Below, in pieces: positions 8,753 through 18,142 of a DNA stretch of 64,000 nt (position 1 is the first letter of the stretch; every line of letters begins with the position of its first letter). Under the pieces are notes generated by a model. It saw only the letters and a list, made by a program, of their open reading frames with translations, was not told the DNA's origin and made no database searches. Source of the stretch: Burkholderiales bacterium (GTDB lineage: Bacteria > Pseudomonadota > Gammaproteobacteria > Burkholderiales > Burkholderiaceae_C); the NCBI GenBank assembly GCA_026932235.1, contig JAIXKR010000162.1, positions 115,356 to 179,355 of the forward strand, given 5' to 3'. A program made the position numbers and the translations under genes.

Positions 8753-9520
8753 ATGAAGCCTTACAAGCTGCCCTTCAGCCTCCCACCGGCGCTGCCGATG
8801 CCGTTCGACGCGGATGCGCCCGTCGCCCCCGATCTGTTCGCCAGGCCTGCGTTGCCAGTCGTGCAGTGCGAGCCCTTGGCCCGCGTCTGGTCCAAGGCGC
8901 TGCGCGACGGCGTCCCGGCGGCGGTCACGCACGACCATGCCTTGTTCGAGCGACTCCCTGGCCGTCACGATCCAGAGTCACTGAATGGCATCTACACCGA
9001 CTCACCGCTGGTGAGTCCCTGGACGCCCGCCAACCTGGCGCACCAACTGCCGCCGATGGAGCGGGCCGGGATTCGCGTACTGAGTCCCTCGCTGTGGCTG
9101 CTCGAATGGGACATCGGCAGCAGCGTGGTCTGGGAGCTGATCGTGCCCGCCCTGCTCGACGACGCACCGCGCGCGGCGTTCTGGGCCGGGGCGATGGTCA
9201 CCGCCTTCGGCCATGTCGAGGAGGATCGCGCGGCCTTTGCCAGGTTCGGCATTGCGGCGACACGCCGGCCGACTGTGGGACTCGAGCTGGACATCCGCCA
9301 GACGCCGTTCGGCATCTGGTGCCCCTGGCTTGCGCGGGCGACGCCAGCGGCTCGGCACACCGCCAAACGGTGGATGCTCGACCATCTGCCGGGCCTGCTG
9401 CGCCACATGAGCGAAGAGATTGCGCCGTTCGACATCCCCGGCGACCACGACCTGTTCGCCGTGCCGCTGATGCTGGAACCCGTCACGGCCCTGCCGCAGC
9501 CGGGAGGCGTGCTTCACTAG
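8753..9520 (+). CDS. Hypothetical protein
   Basis: 255-aa ORF 12 bp after the recombinase stop; typical codon usage; no motif recognised. Confidence 0.65.
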   Translation: MKPYKLPFSLPPALPMPFDADAPVAPDLFARPALPVVQCEPLARVWSKALRDGVPAAVTHDHALFERLPGRHDPESLNGIYTDSPLVSPWTPANLAHQLPPMERAGIRVLSPSLWLLEWDIGSSVVWELIVPALLDDAPRAAFWAGAMVTAFGHVEEDRAAFARFGIAATRRPTVGLELDIRQTPFGIWCPWLARATPAARHTAKRWMLDHLPGLLRHMSEEIAPFDIPGDHDLFAVPLMLEPVTALPQPGGVLH

Positions 9521-9542
9521 AGCCCGCCGTCCCGTCCCTCGA

Positions 9543-11594
9543 TCAACGGGCGCTTGCGTCGAGGGATTCCTCGTCCTGCGGCTCACCGCCGGGCTCAGCT
9601 TCCATGTCCCCGCCGTCGAGTCGCGCGCGGCCAGTCTCGGACCGTCGCGGCGAGGTCCGCAGGCAACGCGGGAGCCAGCCCGTCGCGGCCAGCGCCTGCT
9701 CCGCACCCGCCGCCGCGCCATCCTTCTTCAACCCGGCCAGCGGTGCGGCGGCGTTGCCACCCGCGGCTTCGGTCACCGCGGCCAGTGTCGTCGCCTTCGA
9801 CACATGGTTGAAGTACGAGGCGGCACTGGCCTTCCACCAGCGCCGCATGTCGAGCCCGAGCGCCTGGGCCAGCGCGTCCGTGCTCTGGCGTTCGCGCTCG
9901 GTGCCATCGACCCCGGTGACGCTCGCGGCGACGAGGAAGGTCAGCAGTTCGACCACGGTGTGGCGGTCCTGCTCCAGCAACCAGGGCATCAGCGCCGTAC
10001 CGTCGGCCGGCAGTCGCGTGGTCCACTCGATGCGGGTCTGCTCCATCTGCTTCCAGGCTTCGGCCTCGATCATGTCCGCGGACTCGCGCCGCAGGCCCTC
10101 GTGCGTCTCGTTTGCGCTGACGGTGAGCGCATCGTCTCCGCCGCGGTAGCGATGGAAACCGTCCTTGAGCAGCTTCGCGGCCAGATGGGCTGTCAGCGCG
10201 GCAAGGGCCACGTCGGGCCGCAGCAGCAGTTCGGCCTGGATCGCCGCGACGCGGTGCGCGGTGAGGCTGCGCATAAGCTTCTCGGAATGCACCGCGCGTG
10301 CGCCGCCCTTGGGCAGACTGACGAGCGCGGTGCTCGTGGTCGGTTCTCCGCTTGTGGCTTGCCTCGCGGCCTGCACGACCGCATCGCGATCTTCCGGCCG
10401 GACCAGCCCGCGCTTGACCTCGACCGTTCCGCGCGCTCCCACGAACACCACGCAGCCGGCCTGCGCCATCAGGTCCGCCGGAAACACCGCCAGCGCTTCG
10501 TCGATGGTGTTCAGTTCGGCCTGCAGCCGCTCGTCGTCGGCTTCCAGTGCGGCGTACTCGTTCTCGTCGCCGTCGTCGTCCCCGTCGTCGTCTGACAGCG
10601 CCTCCATGCGCGCGTGCAGCGTTTCCAGCGCGCCTTCGAGTTGAGCATGGCGCGCCGCTTCGTCGGCGGTCGGCGCACGGCGTGTGCGACGCACTTCGCC
10701 ATGACGCACGTAGTCCTCGTAGACGTACCGAGCCCGCACATCGACCCACTTCCAGCCTTCGGCGGCGGCCTCGCGCGCCGGCTGCTGCAACTTGTCCACC
10801 GCCAGCCGTTCGAGCAGCGCGGCGTCTTGCAGGTAGGCCTTGCCGTCATCGCTGAACAGGTCGCGCCGCAGGGGGCCGCCCGCGGCTTCGTAGGCGGCCA
10901 CCGTCACGAAGATCGCTACGCCGTCGCGATCCGACTCGACCTCGCCCCGGGTCAGCAGGCGACGCAGTTGATCCGCACCGCGGTTCCACTCGGGCAACTG
11001 CTGCCACAGCTGCTCCTGCCGCGCCGGGTCGTCGATCGAGGCCAGCACCATCAGGCAATCCAGACCGATCCCGCCTTCACGGAACAGCGTCAGCAGCGCG
11101 GGCGACACCGCAGCCAGCTTGAGCCGGCGCTTCACGACCTGCGGCGTGACTCCGAAGGCCGCCGCCACGTCTTCGACCGACCGGCCGCCGTCGATCAGCC
11201 GGGCGAAGGCCGCGAACTCGTCGGCCGGATTCAAGGCCTCGCGCTCAACGTTCTCGATCAGGCTGGCCATCAGCGCCTGCTCGGCCTGCACCACGAGCAC
11301 GGGCACCGGCTGGTTCTCGGCCCAGCGGCCCTGCTCCACGAGCAGCGACATCGCGCGCAAGCGCCGGCCGCCCGCACAGACCTCGTGCACCCCACGCGCG
11401 CCGCGCACGACGATCAGGTTGTGCAGCAGGCCCGCGGCCTCGATGGACGCGGCCAGTTCGGCGAGCGGCAGCGGCGCCGCCGGGTTCTCGGGCCGTGCCT
11501 GGTAGGTCGGCGACAGCACGAGCTCATTGAAGGGGACGAAGCTGCGAGGTGAAGCCGCGATCACGGCTTCCAGTTCCTGCTTGGAGAGTTTCAT
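9543..11594 (-). CDS. Long ParB/RepB/Spo0J-family protein of ICE/plasmid type
   Basis: LAASIEAAGLLHNLIV, AGGRRLRA, ENVEREAL, HTH, and a C-terminal GWLP domain. Confidence 0.9.
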   Translation of the reverse strand: MKLSKQELEAVIAASPRSFVPFNELVLSPTYQARPENPAAPLPLAELAASIEAAGLLHNLIVVRGARGVHEVCAGGRRLRAMSLLVEQGRWAENQPVPVLVVQAEQALMASLIENVEREALNPADEFAAFARLIDGGRSVEDVAAAFGVTPQVVKRRLKLAAVSPALLTLFREGGIGLDCLMVLASIDDPARQEQLWQQLPEWNRGADQLRRLLTRGEVESDRDGVAIFVTVAAYEAAGGPLRRDLFSDDGKAYLQDAALLERLAVDKLQQPAREAAAEGWKWVDVRARYVYEDYVRHGEVRRTRRAPTADEAARHAQLEGALETLHARMEALSDDDGDDDGDENEYAALEADDERLQAELNTIDEALAVFPADLMAQAGCVVFVGARGTVEVKRGLVRPEDRDAVVQAARQATSGEPTTSTALVSLPKGGARAVHSEKLMRSLTAHRVAAIQAELLLRPDVALAALTAHLAAKLLKDGFHRYRGGDDALTVSANETHEGLRRESADMIEAEAWKQMEQTRIEWTTRLPADGTALMPWLLEQDRHTVVELLTFLVAASVTGVDGTERERQSTDALAQALGLDMRRWWKASAASYFNHVSKATTLAAVTEAAGGNAAAPLAGLKKDGAAAGAEQALAATGWLPRCLRTSPRRSETGRARLDGGDMEAEPGGEPQDEESLDASAR

Positions 11595-11663
11595 GTGGGC
11601 TCCTGAATGAGGGCGGGCGCGACATCGGCCCGTGGATTCAGATTCCCATGAGGGATGGCGCCA

Positions 11664-12335
11664 TCAAGTGCGGGGCGGCTGCATGGGCGGTAGGCACGCC
11701 TGGTGCGCTTGCTGGATCGGGCCGATCCGTCCTGCCGGCGCCGGGTCCTGCAGCGCCACCACCAGCAGGTTGGCCGTCATCAAGGCCATGCCATTGCCGT
11801 TCTGCAACACGCCGACGAGTTGCTGAGGCGTGCTGCCGGCCAGACTCTGCACCACGGGCCGGATGCCGCCATGCACGTACGAATTCATCGGCTGCCAAGT
11901 CGCCGCCTTGAAGGCGCCAAGCGTCTGCGCGAGGAACGGTGGCGCGGTCTTGGCCAGCGTCTGCAGCATCGCGTCGACGTTCGGCCCGAGCACGGGCTCC
12001 GCGAGCTGGCCCGGGGCCATCGGCGCCGCGAAGCGCTCCAGCCACTCGTCGCTGGCGCCGTGATGGAGCCAGATCGCCCGCACCGTTGCCTCGAAGTGCA
12101 GGCGCACCAGGGCCAGCGCCGAGGTCTGCATGCCGGCGCGAATCAGCAGGCGCTGCGCCACCCAGAACTCCACCGCGACGTCGCATAGCGCGAGGGTCAG
12201 TAGCGCTCGCCGCGACGGCGGGCGGCGCGGATGTGCCAGCAGCGGGGCCAAGTCACCCTCGAAACGCTCGCACCGCTCGAGCATGTCCGCCAAGGCTTGG
12301 TCCGCGTCGGCAGGGGATGGCTGGTCCTGCGGCAT
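11664..12335 (-). CDS. DUF6988/DUF5677-like helical protein (possible HEPN-like)
   Basis: ALVRLHFEATVRAIW and MNSYVHGG motifs. Confidence 0.6.
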   Translation of the reverse strand: MPQDQPSPADADQALADMLERCERFEGDLAPLLAHPRRPPSRRALLTLALCDVAVEFWVAQRLLIRAGMQTSALALVRLHFEATVRAIWLHHGASDEWLERFAAPMAPGQLAEPVLGPNVDAMLQTLAKTAPPFLAQTLGAFKAATWQPMNSYVHGGIRPVVQSLAGSTPQQLVGVLQNGNGMALMTANLLVVALQDPAPAGRIGPIQQAHQACLPPMQPPRT

Positions 12336-12648
12336 GCCTCATTGTCGGACGCCAGCCGCCACCGCGCGGCCCCTGCCAAATCGGGCCTTGGCCGTGGCGA
12401 CCGTTTGAGCCGCGATCAGACCAACATGCCTTCGCGCACAGTGCGAGGGCTACCCGCAGGCATCAGCCTGCTCAGCCCCGACTTGCGTCGGCGCCGCGGT
12501 CGATACCCGCCTTCCAAGCCCCCTCGCGCTCCGCCTGGAGCCCGATGCCCGCGGCACACCGACACCGCACTGACTGATTGATCGCCGCCTCGCGCGGCAC
12601 CAGAGCCACCCGCCCATGCGTCCGCGCATGCGGTGGGCCATCCATCCA

Positions 12649-12712
12649 CCCTGACGGGGAGCCATTTCCCCGCGAGGGCAGGTGCGTCTCCGTCGTCCCC
12701 ACGGAGAACCCC
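12649..12712 (+). ncRNA. radC-motif-like structured leader (copy A)
   Basis: CCCTGACGGGGA-gccatt-TCCCCG-cg-AGGG hairpin followed by an alternative partner GTCTCCGTC, then the RBS. Confidence 0.55.
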
Positions 12713-15700
12713 ATGGCCCGCATCCCCGAGCCCTGTTCCTGGCTGCCCGGCTTCGAGCCGGAGCCTGCCGCGGCCTTCGCGCCACCCTTGCCTCCATTCC
12801 CTCCCGTTCCTCCCAATCCGCCGCTCGACGACGAGCCGGGTGAAGGGGAACACGAGCCTCGCCCACCACCACCGTTGTGGCGGCCGAGCGAGCCACCGAC
12901 GCCGAGCGCCTCGCGGCGCCCCTGGCCCCAACTGTCCGCCGGCGGGCTCGACATCCCGCGTGGCGCCGTCGCCAAGTTCGAGGCCAACCTGGCCGCGATC
13001 CAGACCCTGCTCGCGCTCGACGCGTCGGGCAGCGAGCCCGACGATGCCCAGCGCGGCACGCTGCTGCGCTACACCGGCTGGGGCGGTCTTCCCGCGAGCT
13101 TCAACTTCGAAGCGACGGAGCCGGCCTGGTCGCGTCGCGCCGCGCAACTGCGCGACGCGCTCGACGCCGACGACCACAACTCGGCGCTCGCGTCAGTCAA
13201 CAACAGCCACTACACCCCGGTCGAAGTGATCGCTGCGATGTGGCAAGCGGTACAGGCCTTTGGCTTCACCGGAGGCCGCGTGCTCGAACCGAGTGCCGGC
13301 ATTGGCCACTTCCTCGGCGCGATGCCGGCGGCGCTGGCAGAGCTATGCACCGTCACCGCCATCGAGATCGACCGGCTGTCGGGCCGGATGCTGCGGGCGC
13401 TCTACGGCGCAAGCGGCGTCGACGTGCGCATCGGCGCGTTCGAGAAGACGCAGCTGGCCGACAACTGGTACGACCTGGCGATCGGCAACGTGCCCTTCGG
13501 CGCCTACAAGGTAGCCGATTCGAGCAACCGGCCCTACGGCCGCTTCAGCATCCACAACTATTTCCTCGGCCGTGCGCTCGATCTGCTGCGGCCCGGCGGG
13601 CTGGCCTGTTTCATCAACAGCAGCCACACGATGGATACCTGGGACGACACCGTACGGCGCTACCTCGCGTCGCAGGCGGTGCTGATCGGTGCGATCCGCC
13701 TGCCGCGCGGCGCCTTCGCCGAGATCGCGTCGACCGAGGTGCAGGCCGACATCCTGTTCCTGCGCAAGCGGGGAGCGAGGCCAGAGCGCGAGGCCGACGA
13801 GCAGCCCTGGCTGGGCCTGAGCGTGGTGCCCGAGTCGCTGCGCGATCCGCGCTGCGGCGAACGCTACCTGCAGATCAACCAGTGGTATGCGGCGCAACCC
13901 GAGTTCTGCATCGGCCGCATCCGGCAGGAAAGCAACGGCCACGAGCCGGTGCCGACGGCGGTGTTCGATAGCGACCTGACCGCAGAGCTGCCGCGGCGAG
14001 TCGATCTGCTGCCACGCGGTGTGTACGGCGCCGCCACGCCGGAGGCAATTCCGGCCCAGCGCCGAGTATCAACCGCGGCAGGCGGAGCAAGACCGGGGAG
14101 TCACCACCTCCACCACGGCCGCGTGCATCGCGTGGAGGACGGCGAGCTGGTGGACATCCACGAGCGCCTGAACGCCACGCAGCGCGCCCGCATCGCGGGC
14201 CTGTGTTCGATCCGCGACCACGCACGGGCCCTGCTCGATCTGCAGTTGGCGGACGCCGACGACAGCCGGCAACGCCACGAGCGCGCCATGCTGAACGGCA
14301 GCTACGACCGCTACGTCGCCCGCTTCGGGTGCCTGTCGAACCGGGCCAACGCTCTCGCGTTCCGGCGCGACTCCGACTACCCGTTGCTGCTGTCGCTGGA
14401 GCACTACGACGAGGAGACCGAGACCGCCACCAAGGCGGCGCTTTTCAGCCGGCGCACGCTGGCGAGGATCGTCGAGCCCGAAGCCGCAGCCGAACCAGAG
14501 GAGGCGCTCGCCGCCTCGGTGCAGTGGCGCGGCCGGGTCGATCCGGCCTGGATGGGCCAGTTGCTGTCGGCGCCGCCACAAGCAGTGCTCGATGCCCTGG
14601 CCGAGCGTGGGTTGGTGTTTCTGGACCCGGCGGACGGGCTGTGGAAGACCGCTGACGAGTACCTGTCCGGCGAGGTCAAGACCAAGCTCCGGCAGGCGCT
14701 GGCCGCGGGCCAAGAGGCCGCGCGCAATGTGACCGCGCTGGAGCGGGTGCAGCCGGAGGACTTGCCGCCGGCAGCCATTGAGCCGCGCTTGGGTGCGGTG
14801 TGGATTCCCGCCGGCGATGTGGAGGACTTCATCCGGCAGGTGCTGGATCAGAAGGACTGCGAGGTGGGCTACTCGGCACAGGCCGGGGCCTGGTCGGTGC
14901 GCTACCCCGAATGGAGCGCGCGCCAGAACGTCAAGGTGACGCAGGAGTTCGGCACCTCGCGGCTGAATGCGATCGAACTCGTGCAGTGCGCGCTGAACGT
15001 GCAGGTGCCGACGGTGCGCGACCCGGACCCGGAGAGCGACCGCATGATCGTCAATCCCGACGAGACATTGGCGGCGCGCGAGAAGCTGGCGCTGATCAAG
15101 GAGCGCTTCGCCGCCTGGGCCTTCGAGGAAGCCGAGCGCCGGGAACGGCTGTGCCGGACCTATAACGACCTGTTCAACGCCACGCGGCCGCGGCAGTTCG
15201 ACGGCTCGCACCTGAAGCTGCCGGGGTTCTCGCGCTGCTACGCGCTGCACCCGCACCAGCGGGACGCCGTGTGGCGCGTCGTGCAGTCCGGCAACACCGG
15301 GCTGTTCCACGTTGTCGGCGCCGGCAAGACCGCGGTCTGCGCGATCGCCGGCATGGAGCTGCGGCGCCTCGGTTTCGGGGCCAAGCCCTGCCATGTGGTG
15401 CCGAACCACATGCTGGCGCAGTACACGGCCGAGTTCGTCCGGCTGTACCCCAATGCCGCCGTGCTGATGGCGGGCAAGGAAGACCTGGAGGGCGACCGTC
15501 GGCGCGAGCTGGTGTCGCGCATCGCCACCGGCGACTGGGATGCGGTGGTCATCACGCACTCGAGCTTCGAGCGCATCCGGATGTCGCCGGCTTTCACACA
15601 AACCTTCATCAAGGAACTCATCATGGAAATCGAGATGGCAGTGCGCGCCGAGCGGCGCAACGACCGGGGCAACCGGATCGTCAAGCAGCTCGAAGCGATG

Positions 15701-17698
15701 AAGAAGAACTGGACGGTGCGGCTGGACAAGCTGCTGGCCGACGCGAAGAAGGACGATCTGCTGAGCTGGGAACAGCTCGGCATCGACACGCTCTTCATCG
15801 ACGAGGCCCACCTGTTCAAGAACCTGTACCGGTTCACGAAGATGACGCGCGTCGCCGGCCTGCCGCTGGCGAACTCGGAGCGGGCCTTCGACCTGTTCCT
15901 GAAAACGCGCTACACGATGCGTCTGCACGGCGGCGCGCAGCGAGGCGTGGTGTTCGCCACCGCCACGCCGGTGGCCAACACGATGGCCGAGGTGCACACG
16001 ATGATGCGCTACCTGCAGCCCAGAAGGCTGGAAGCGCTGGGGCTGCAGCAGTTCGACGCCTGGGCGGCCACCTTCGGCGAGAGCGTCACCGCGCTCGAGA
16101 TCGCGCCCGACGGCAGCGGCTACCGCATGAACACGCGCTTTGCGCGCTTCATCAACGTGCCCGAGCTGATGGCGGTGTTCGGCGAGGTGGCCGACATCCG
16201 CACCGCGGAGATGCTGAAGCTGCCGGTGCCGGCGCTGCGTGGCGGCAAGCCGCGCATCGTGGCCTGTCCGACGAACAGCGCGCTGAAAGCCTACGTGCGC
16301 ACGCTGGTCGAGCGTGCGGAAGCGATCCGCATGGGCCGCGTCAAGCCGCAGGTGGACAACATGCTCGCGGTGACCACCGACGGCCGCAAGGCCGCGCTGG
16401 ACTTCCGGCTGGTGGCGCCGAGCGCGCGTTTCGACGAGCAGGGCAAGGTGGCGGCGTGTGTCCGGGAAGTGCTTGCGGTGCGGCAACGCACCGAGGCCTT
16501 CCGCGGCACGCAGCTGGTGTTCTGCGACCTGTCGTCGCCGAAGGAAGGCAAAGCCTTCAGCGTCTACGATGACCTGAAGCAGCGGCTGGTCGATGCCGGC
16601 GTGCCGGCAACCGAGGTCGCGTTCGTGCACGACGCCGACACCGATGCACAGAAGGCCACCCTGTTCAAGGCCGTGCGCGAAGGCCGGGTGCGGGTGCTGA
16701 TCGGCTCCACGGCCAAGATGGGCATCGGCACCAACGTGCAGACCCGGCTGGCGGCGCTGCACCACCTGGATGCCCCTTGGCGGCCGTGCGACGTGGAACA
16801 GCGCGAAGGGCGCATCCTGCGCCAGGGCAACGAGTGCGAGGACGTCGAGATCTTCCGCTACGTCACCGAAGGCAGCTTCGACAGCTACATGTGGCAGGCC
16901 CTGGAGACCAAGGCGCGTTTCATCGCCCAGGTGATGAGCGGCGACAAGGGGCTGCGTTCGATCGAGGACGTGGAGCTGGCGGCGCTGTCGTACGCCGAAG
17001 TGAAAGCGCTGGCCTCGGGCAACCCGCTCGTGATCGAGAAGGCCGGCGTGGACGCCGACGTGGCCAAGCTGTCGACGCTGTTCTCGGTGTGGCGCAACCA
17101 GCGCTATGCGAACGAGAGCGAGGTGGCGCGGCTGCCGATGCTGATCGAGTCGCTGGAACGCAAGCTGGCGTTGCTGGAGCAGGACTGCGAGCGCGCGGAG
17201 CCGGCCTCGGACGGTGACATGCGCGCAGAGTTGGCCGGCCAGGTGCTGGTCGGCGCGGAGGCGGTCGGCGAAGGATTGCGCCAGTTGGTGCGTGCGGCGA
17301 AGGCCGCGCAAGCCAGTGTCGAGCAGCGCGTCGGCCGGTTCGCTGGCTTCGATCTCGGACTGCGCGCCAGCCGGGGCGACACCGTTCCCGGCCTGTACCT
17401 GGAAGGGCACTGCCGGTACGACGCCGAGGCGTACCAGACGGCCCAGGGCCTGGCGGCGGCGCTGCTCGCGGCGCTGGCCTCGGTACCGAAGGAACGCGAC
17501 GCAGCGCGCCAGCAGTTGGCCGTGCGCGGCAAGCGCCTGGACGATCTGCGGATCGAGCTCGAACGCCCGTTCGAGCATGAGGGTCGCCTGGCGGACCTGC
17601 TCGCCCGGCAGCGCCGTCTGCAGCGCCAGCTCGACCTTGATAGGGATGGCGCCGGCAGTGCGGCGCTCGATCCTGATGGGCTCAGGCACGCGGCCTGA
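12713..17698 (+). CDS. DNA methyltransferase-SNF2 helicase fusion (DarB-like)
   Basis: YTGWGG, VLEPSAGIG and GNVPF methylase motifs; HVVGAGKT, DEAH, ATATP and EQREGRILRQGN helicase motifs. Confidence 0.92.
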   Translation: MARIPEPCSWLPGFEPEPAAAFAPPLPPFPPVPPNPPLDDEPGEGEHEPRPPPPLWRPSEPPTPSASRRPWPQLSAGGLDIPRGAVAKFEANLAAIQTLLALDASGSEPDDAQRGTLLRYTGWGGLPASFNFEATEPAWSRRAAQLRDALDADDHNSALASVNNSHYTPVEVIAAMWQAVQAFGFTGGRVLEPSAGIGHFLGAMPAALAELCTVTAIEIDRLSGRMLRALYGASGVDVRIGAFEKTQLADNWYDLAIGNVPFGAYKVADSSNRPYGRFSIHNYFLGRALDLLRPGGLACFINSSHTMDTWDDTVRRYLASQAVLIGAIRLPRGAFAEIASTEVQADILFLRKRGARPEREADEQPWLGLSVVPESLRDPRCGERYLQINQWYAAQPEFCIGRIRQESNGHEPVPTAVFDSDLTAELPRRVDLLPRGVYGAATPEAIPAQRRVSTAAGGARPGSHHLHHGRVHRVEDGELVDIHERLNATQRARIAGLCSIRDHARALLDLQLADADDSRQRHERAMLNGSYDRYVARFGCLSNRANALAFRRDSDYPLLLSLEHYDEETETATKAALFSRRTLARIVEPEAAAEPEEALAASVQWRGRVDPAWMGQLLSAPPQAVLDALAERGLVFLDPADGLWKTADEYLSGEVKTKLRQALAAGQEAARNVTALERVQPEDLPPAAIEPRLGAVWIPAGDVEDFIRQVLDQKDCEVGYSAQAGAWSVRYPEWSARQNVKVTQEFGTSRLNAIELVQCALNVQVPTVRDPDPESDRMIVNPDETLAAREKLALIKERFAAWAFEEAERRERLCRTYNDLFNATRPRQFDGSHLKLPGFSRCYALHPHQRDAVWRVVQSGNTGLFHVVGAGKTAVCAIAGMELRRLGFGAKPCHVVPNHMLAQYTAEFVRLYPNAAVLMAGKEDLEGDRRRELVSRIATGDWDAVVITHSSFERIRMSPAFTQTFIKELIMEIEMAVRAERRNDRGNRIVKQLEAMKKNWTVRLDKLLADAKKDDLLSWEQLGIDTLFIDEAHLFKNLYRFTKMTRVAGLPLANSERAFDLFLKTRYTMRLHGGAQRGVVFATATPVANTMAEVHTMMRYLQPRRLEALGLQQFDAWAATFGESVTALEIAPDGSGYRMNTRFARFINVPELMAVFGEVADIRTAEMLKLPVPALRGGKPRIVACPTNSALKAYVRTLVERAEAIRMGRVKPQVDNMLAVTTDGRKAALDFRLVAPSARFDEQGKVAACVREVLAVRQRTEAFRGTQLVFCDLSSPKEGKAFSVYDDLKQRLVDAGVPATEVAFVHDADTDAQKATLFKAVREGRVRVLIGSTAKMGIGTNVQTRLAALHHLDAPWRPCDVEQREGRILRQGNECEDVEIFRYVTEGSFDSYMWQALETKARFIAQVMSGDKGLRSIEDVELAALSYAEVKALASGNPLVIEKAGVDADVAKLSTLFSVWRNQRYANESEVARLPMLIESLERKLALLEQDCERAEPASDGDMRAELAGQVLVGAEAVGEGLRQLVRAAKAAQASVEQRVGRFAGFDLGLRASRGDTVPGLYLEGHCRYDAEAYQTAQGLAAALLAALASVPKERDAARQQLAVRGKRLDDLRIELERPFEHEGRLADLLARQRRLQRQLDLDRDGAGSAALDPDGLRHAA

Positions 17699-17701
17699 GC
17701 A

Positions 17702-17735
17702 CGGACAGCCCCTTCGCGCGCGAAGGGGCTGTCCG
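17702..17735. terminator. Perfect GC-rich hairpin between convergent genes
   Basis: CGGACAGCCCCTTCGCG / CGCGAAGGGGCTGTCCG followed by a T-rich tract. Confidence 0.75.
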
Positions 17736-17762
17736 CTTCTTTGCTTCTAGTCAACGAGGCGT

Positions 17763-18074
17763 TTACGACCTCGCATAGGTGCGTACGCTTTCCGCGGCAG
17801 CGGCCTTGAACCTCTCCATCGACACCCGACTGCGCCGCTCCTCGGCTTCGGGCAAGCGGCCGGCGGCGAGCCCTTCAGCCACCTTGGCGATACGGGCCTC
17901 GTCCGGCTTCGGCCCCAAGCTGCGCACGACGTTGTTCAACCCGCCGGCAACGAAGGCGCGAATGAGGTCGGCCTTGGACAAGCGCAACTGGAACGCCAGA
18001 TTGCGCAGCGCCTCGTCCATGTCGGGCGGCAGGTAGACCGAGCGCATCACCATGGAGGGGTTCGTGTCAGCCAT
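17763..18074 (-). CDS. Ribbon-helix-helix (CopG-like) protein
   Basis: RSVYLPPDMDEALRNLAFQLRLSKADLIRAFV; GGAG RBS. Confidence 0.75.
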   Translation of the reverse strand: MADTNPSMVMRSVYLPPDMDEALRNLAFQLRLSKADLIRAFVAGGLNNVVRSLGPKPDEARIAKVAEGLAAGRLPEAEERRSRVSMERFKAAAAESVRTYARS

Positions 18075-18142
18075 GATCGGGACTCCAGGCCGACGACGGG
18101 CGGCCAAATCAAACACATATATATATCAATACGCCGGCGAGG

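Noticed and set aside
14069-17689. 1206-aa minus-strand ORF and similar long overlapping ORFs (37138-38970, 44676-46481, 57975-59183, 60443-62542)
   Set aside because: Antisense frames of well-supported genes, as expected in high-GC DNA.
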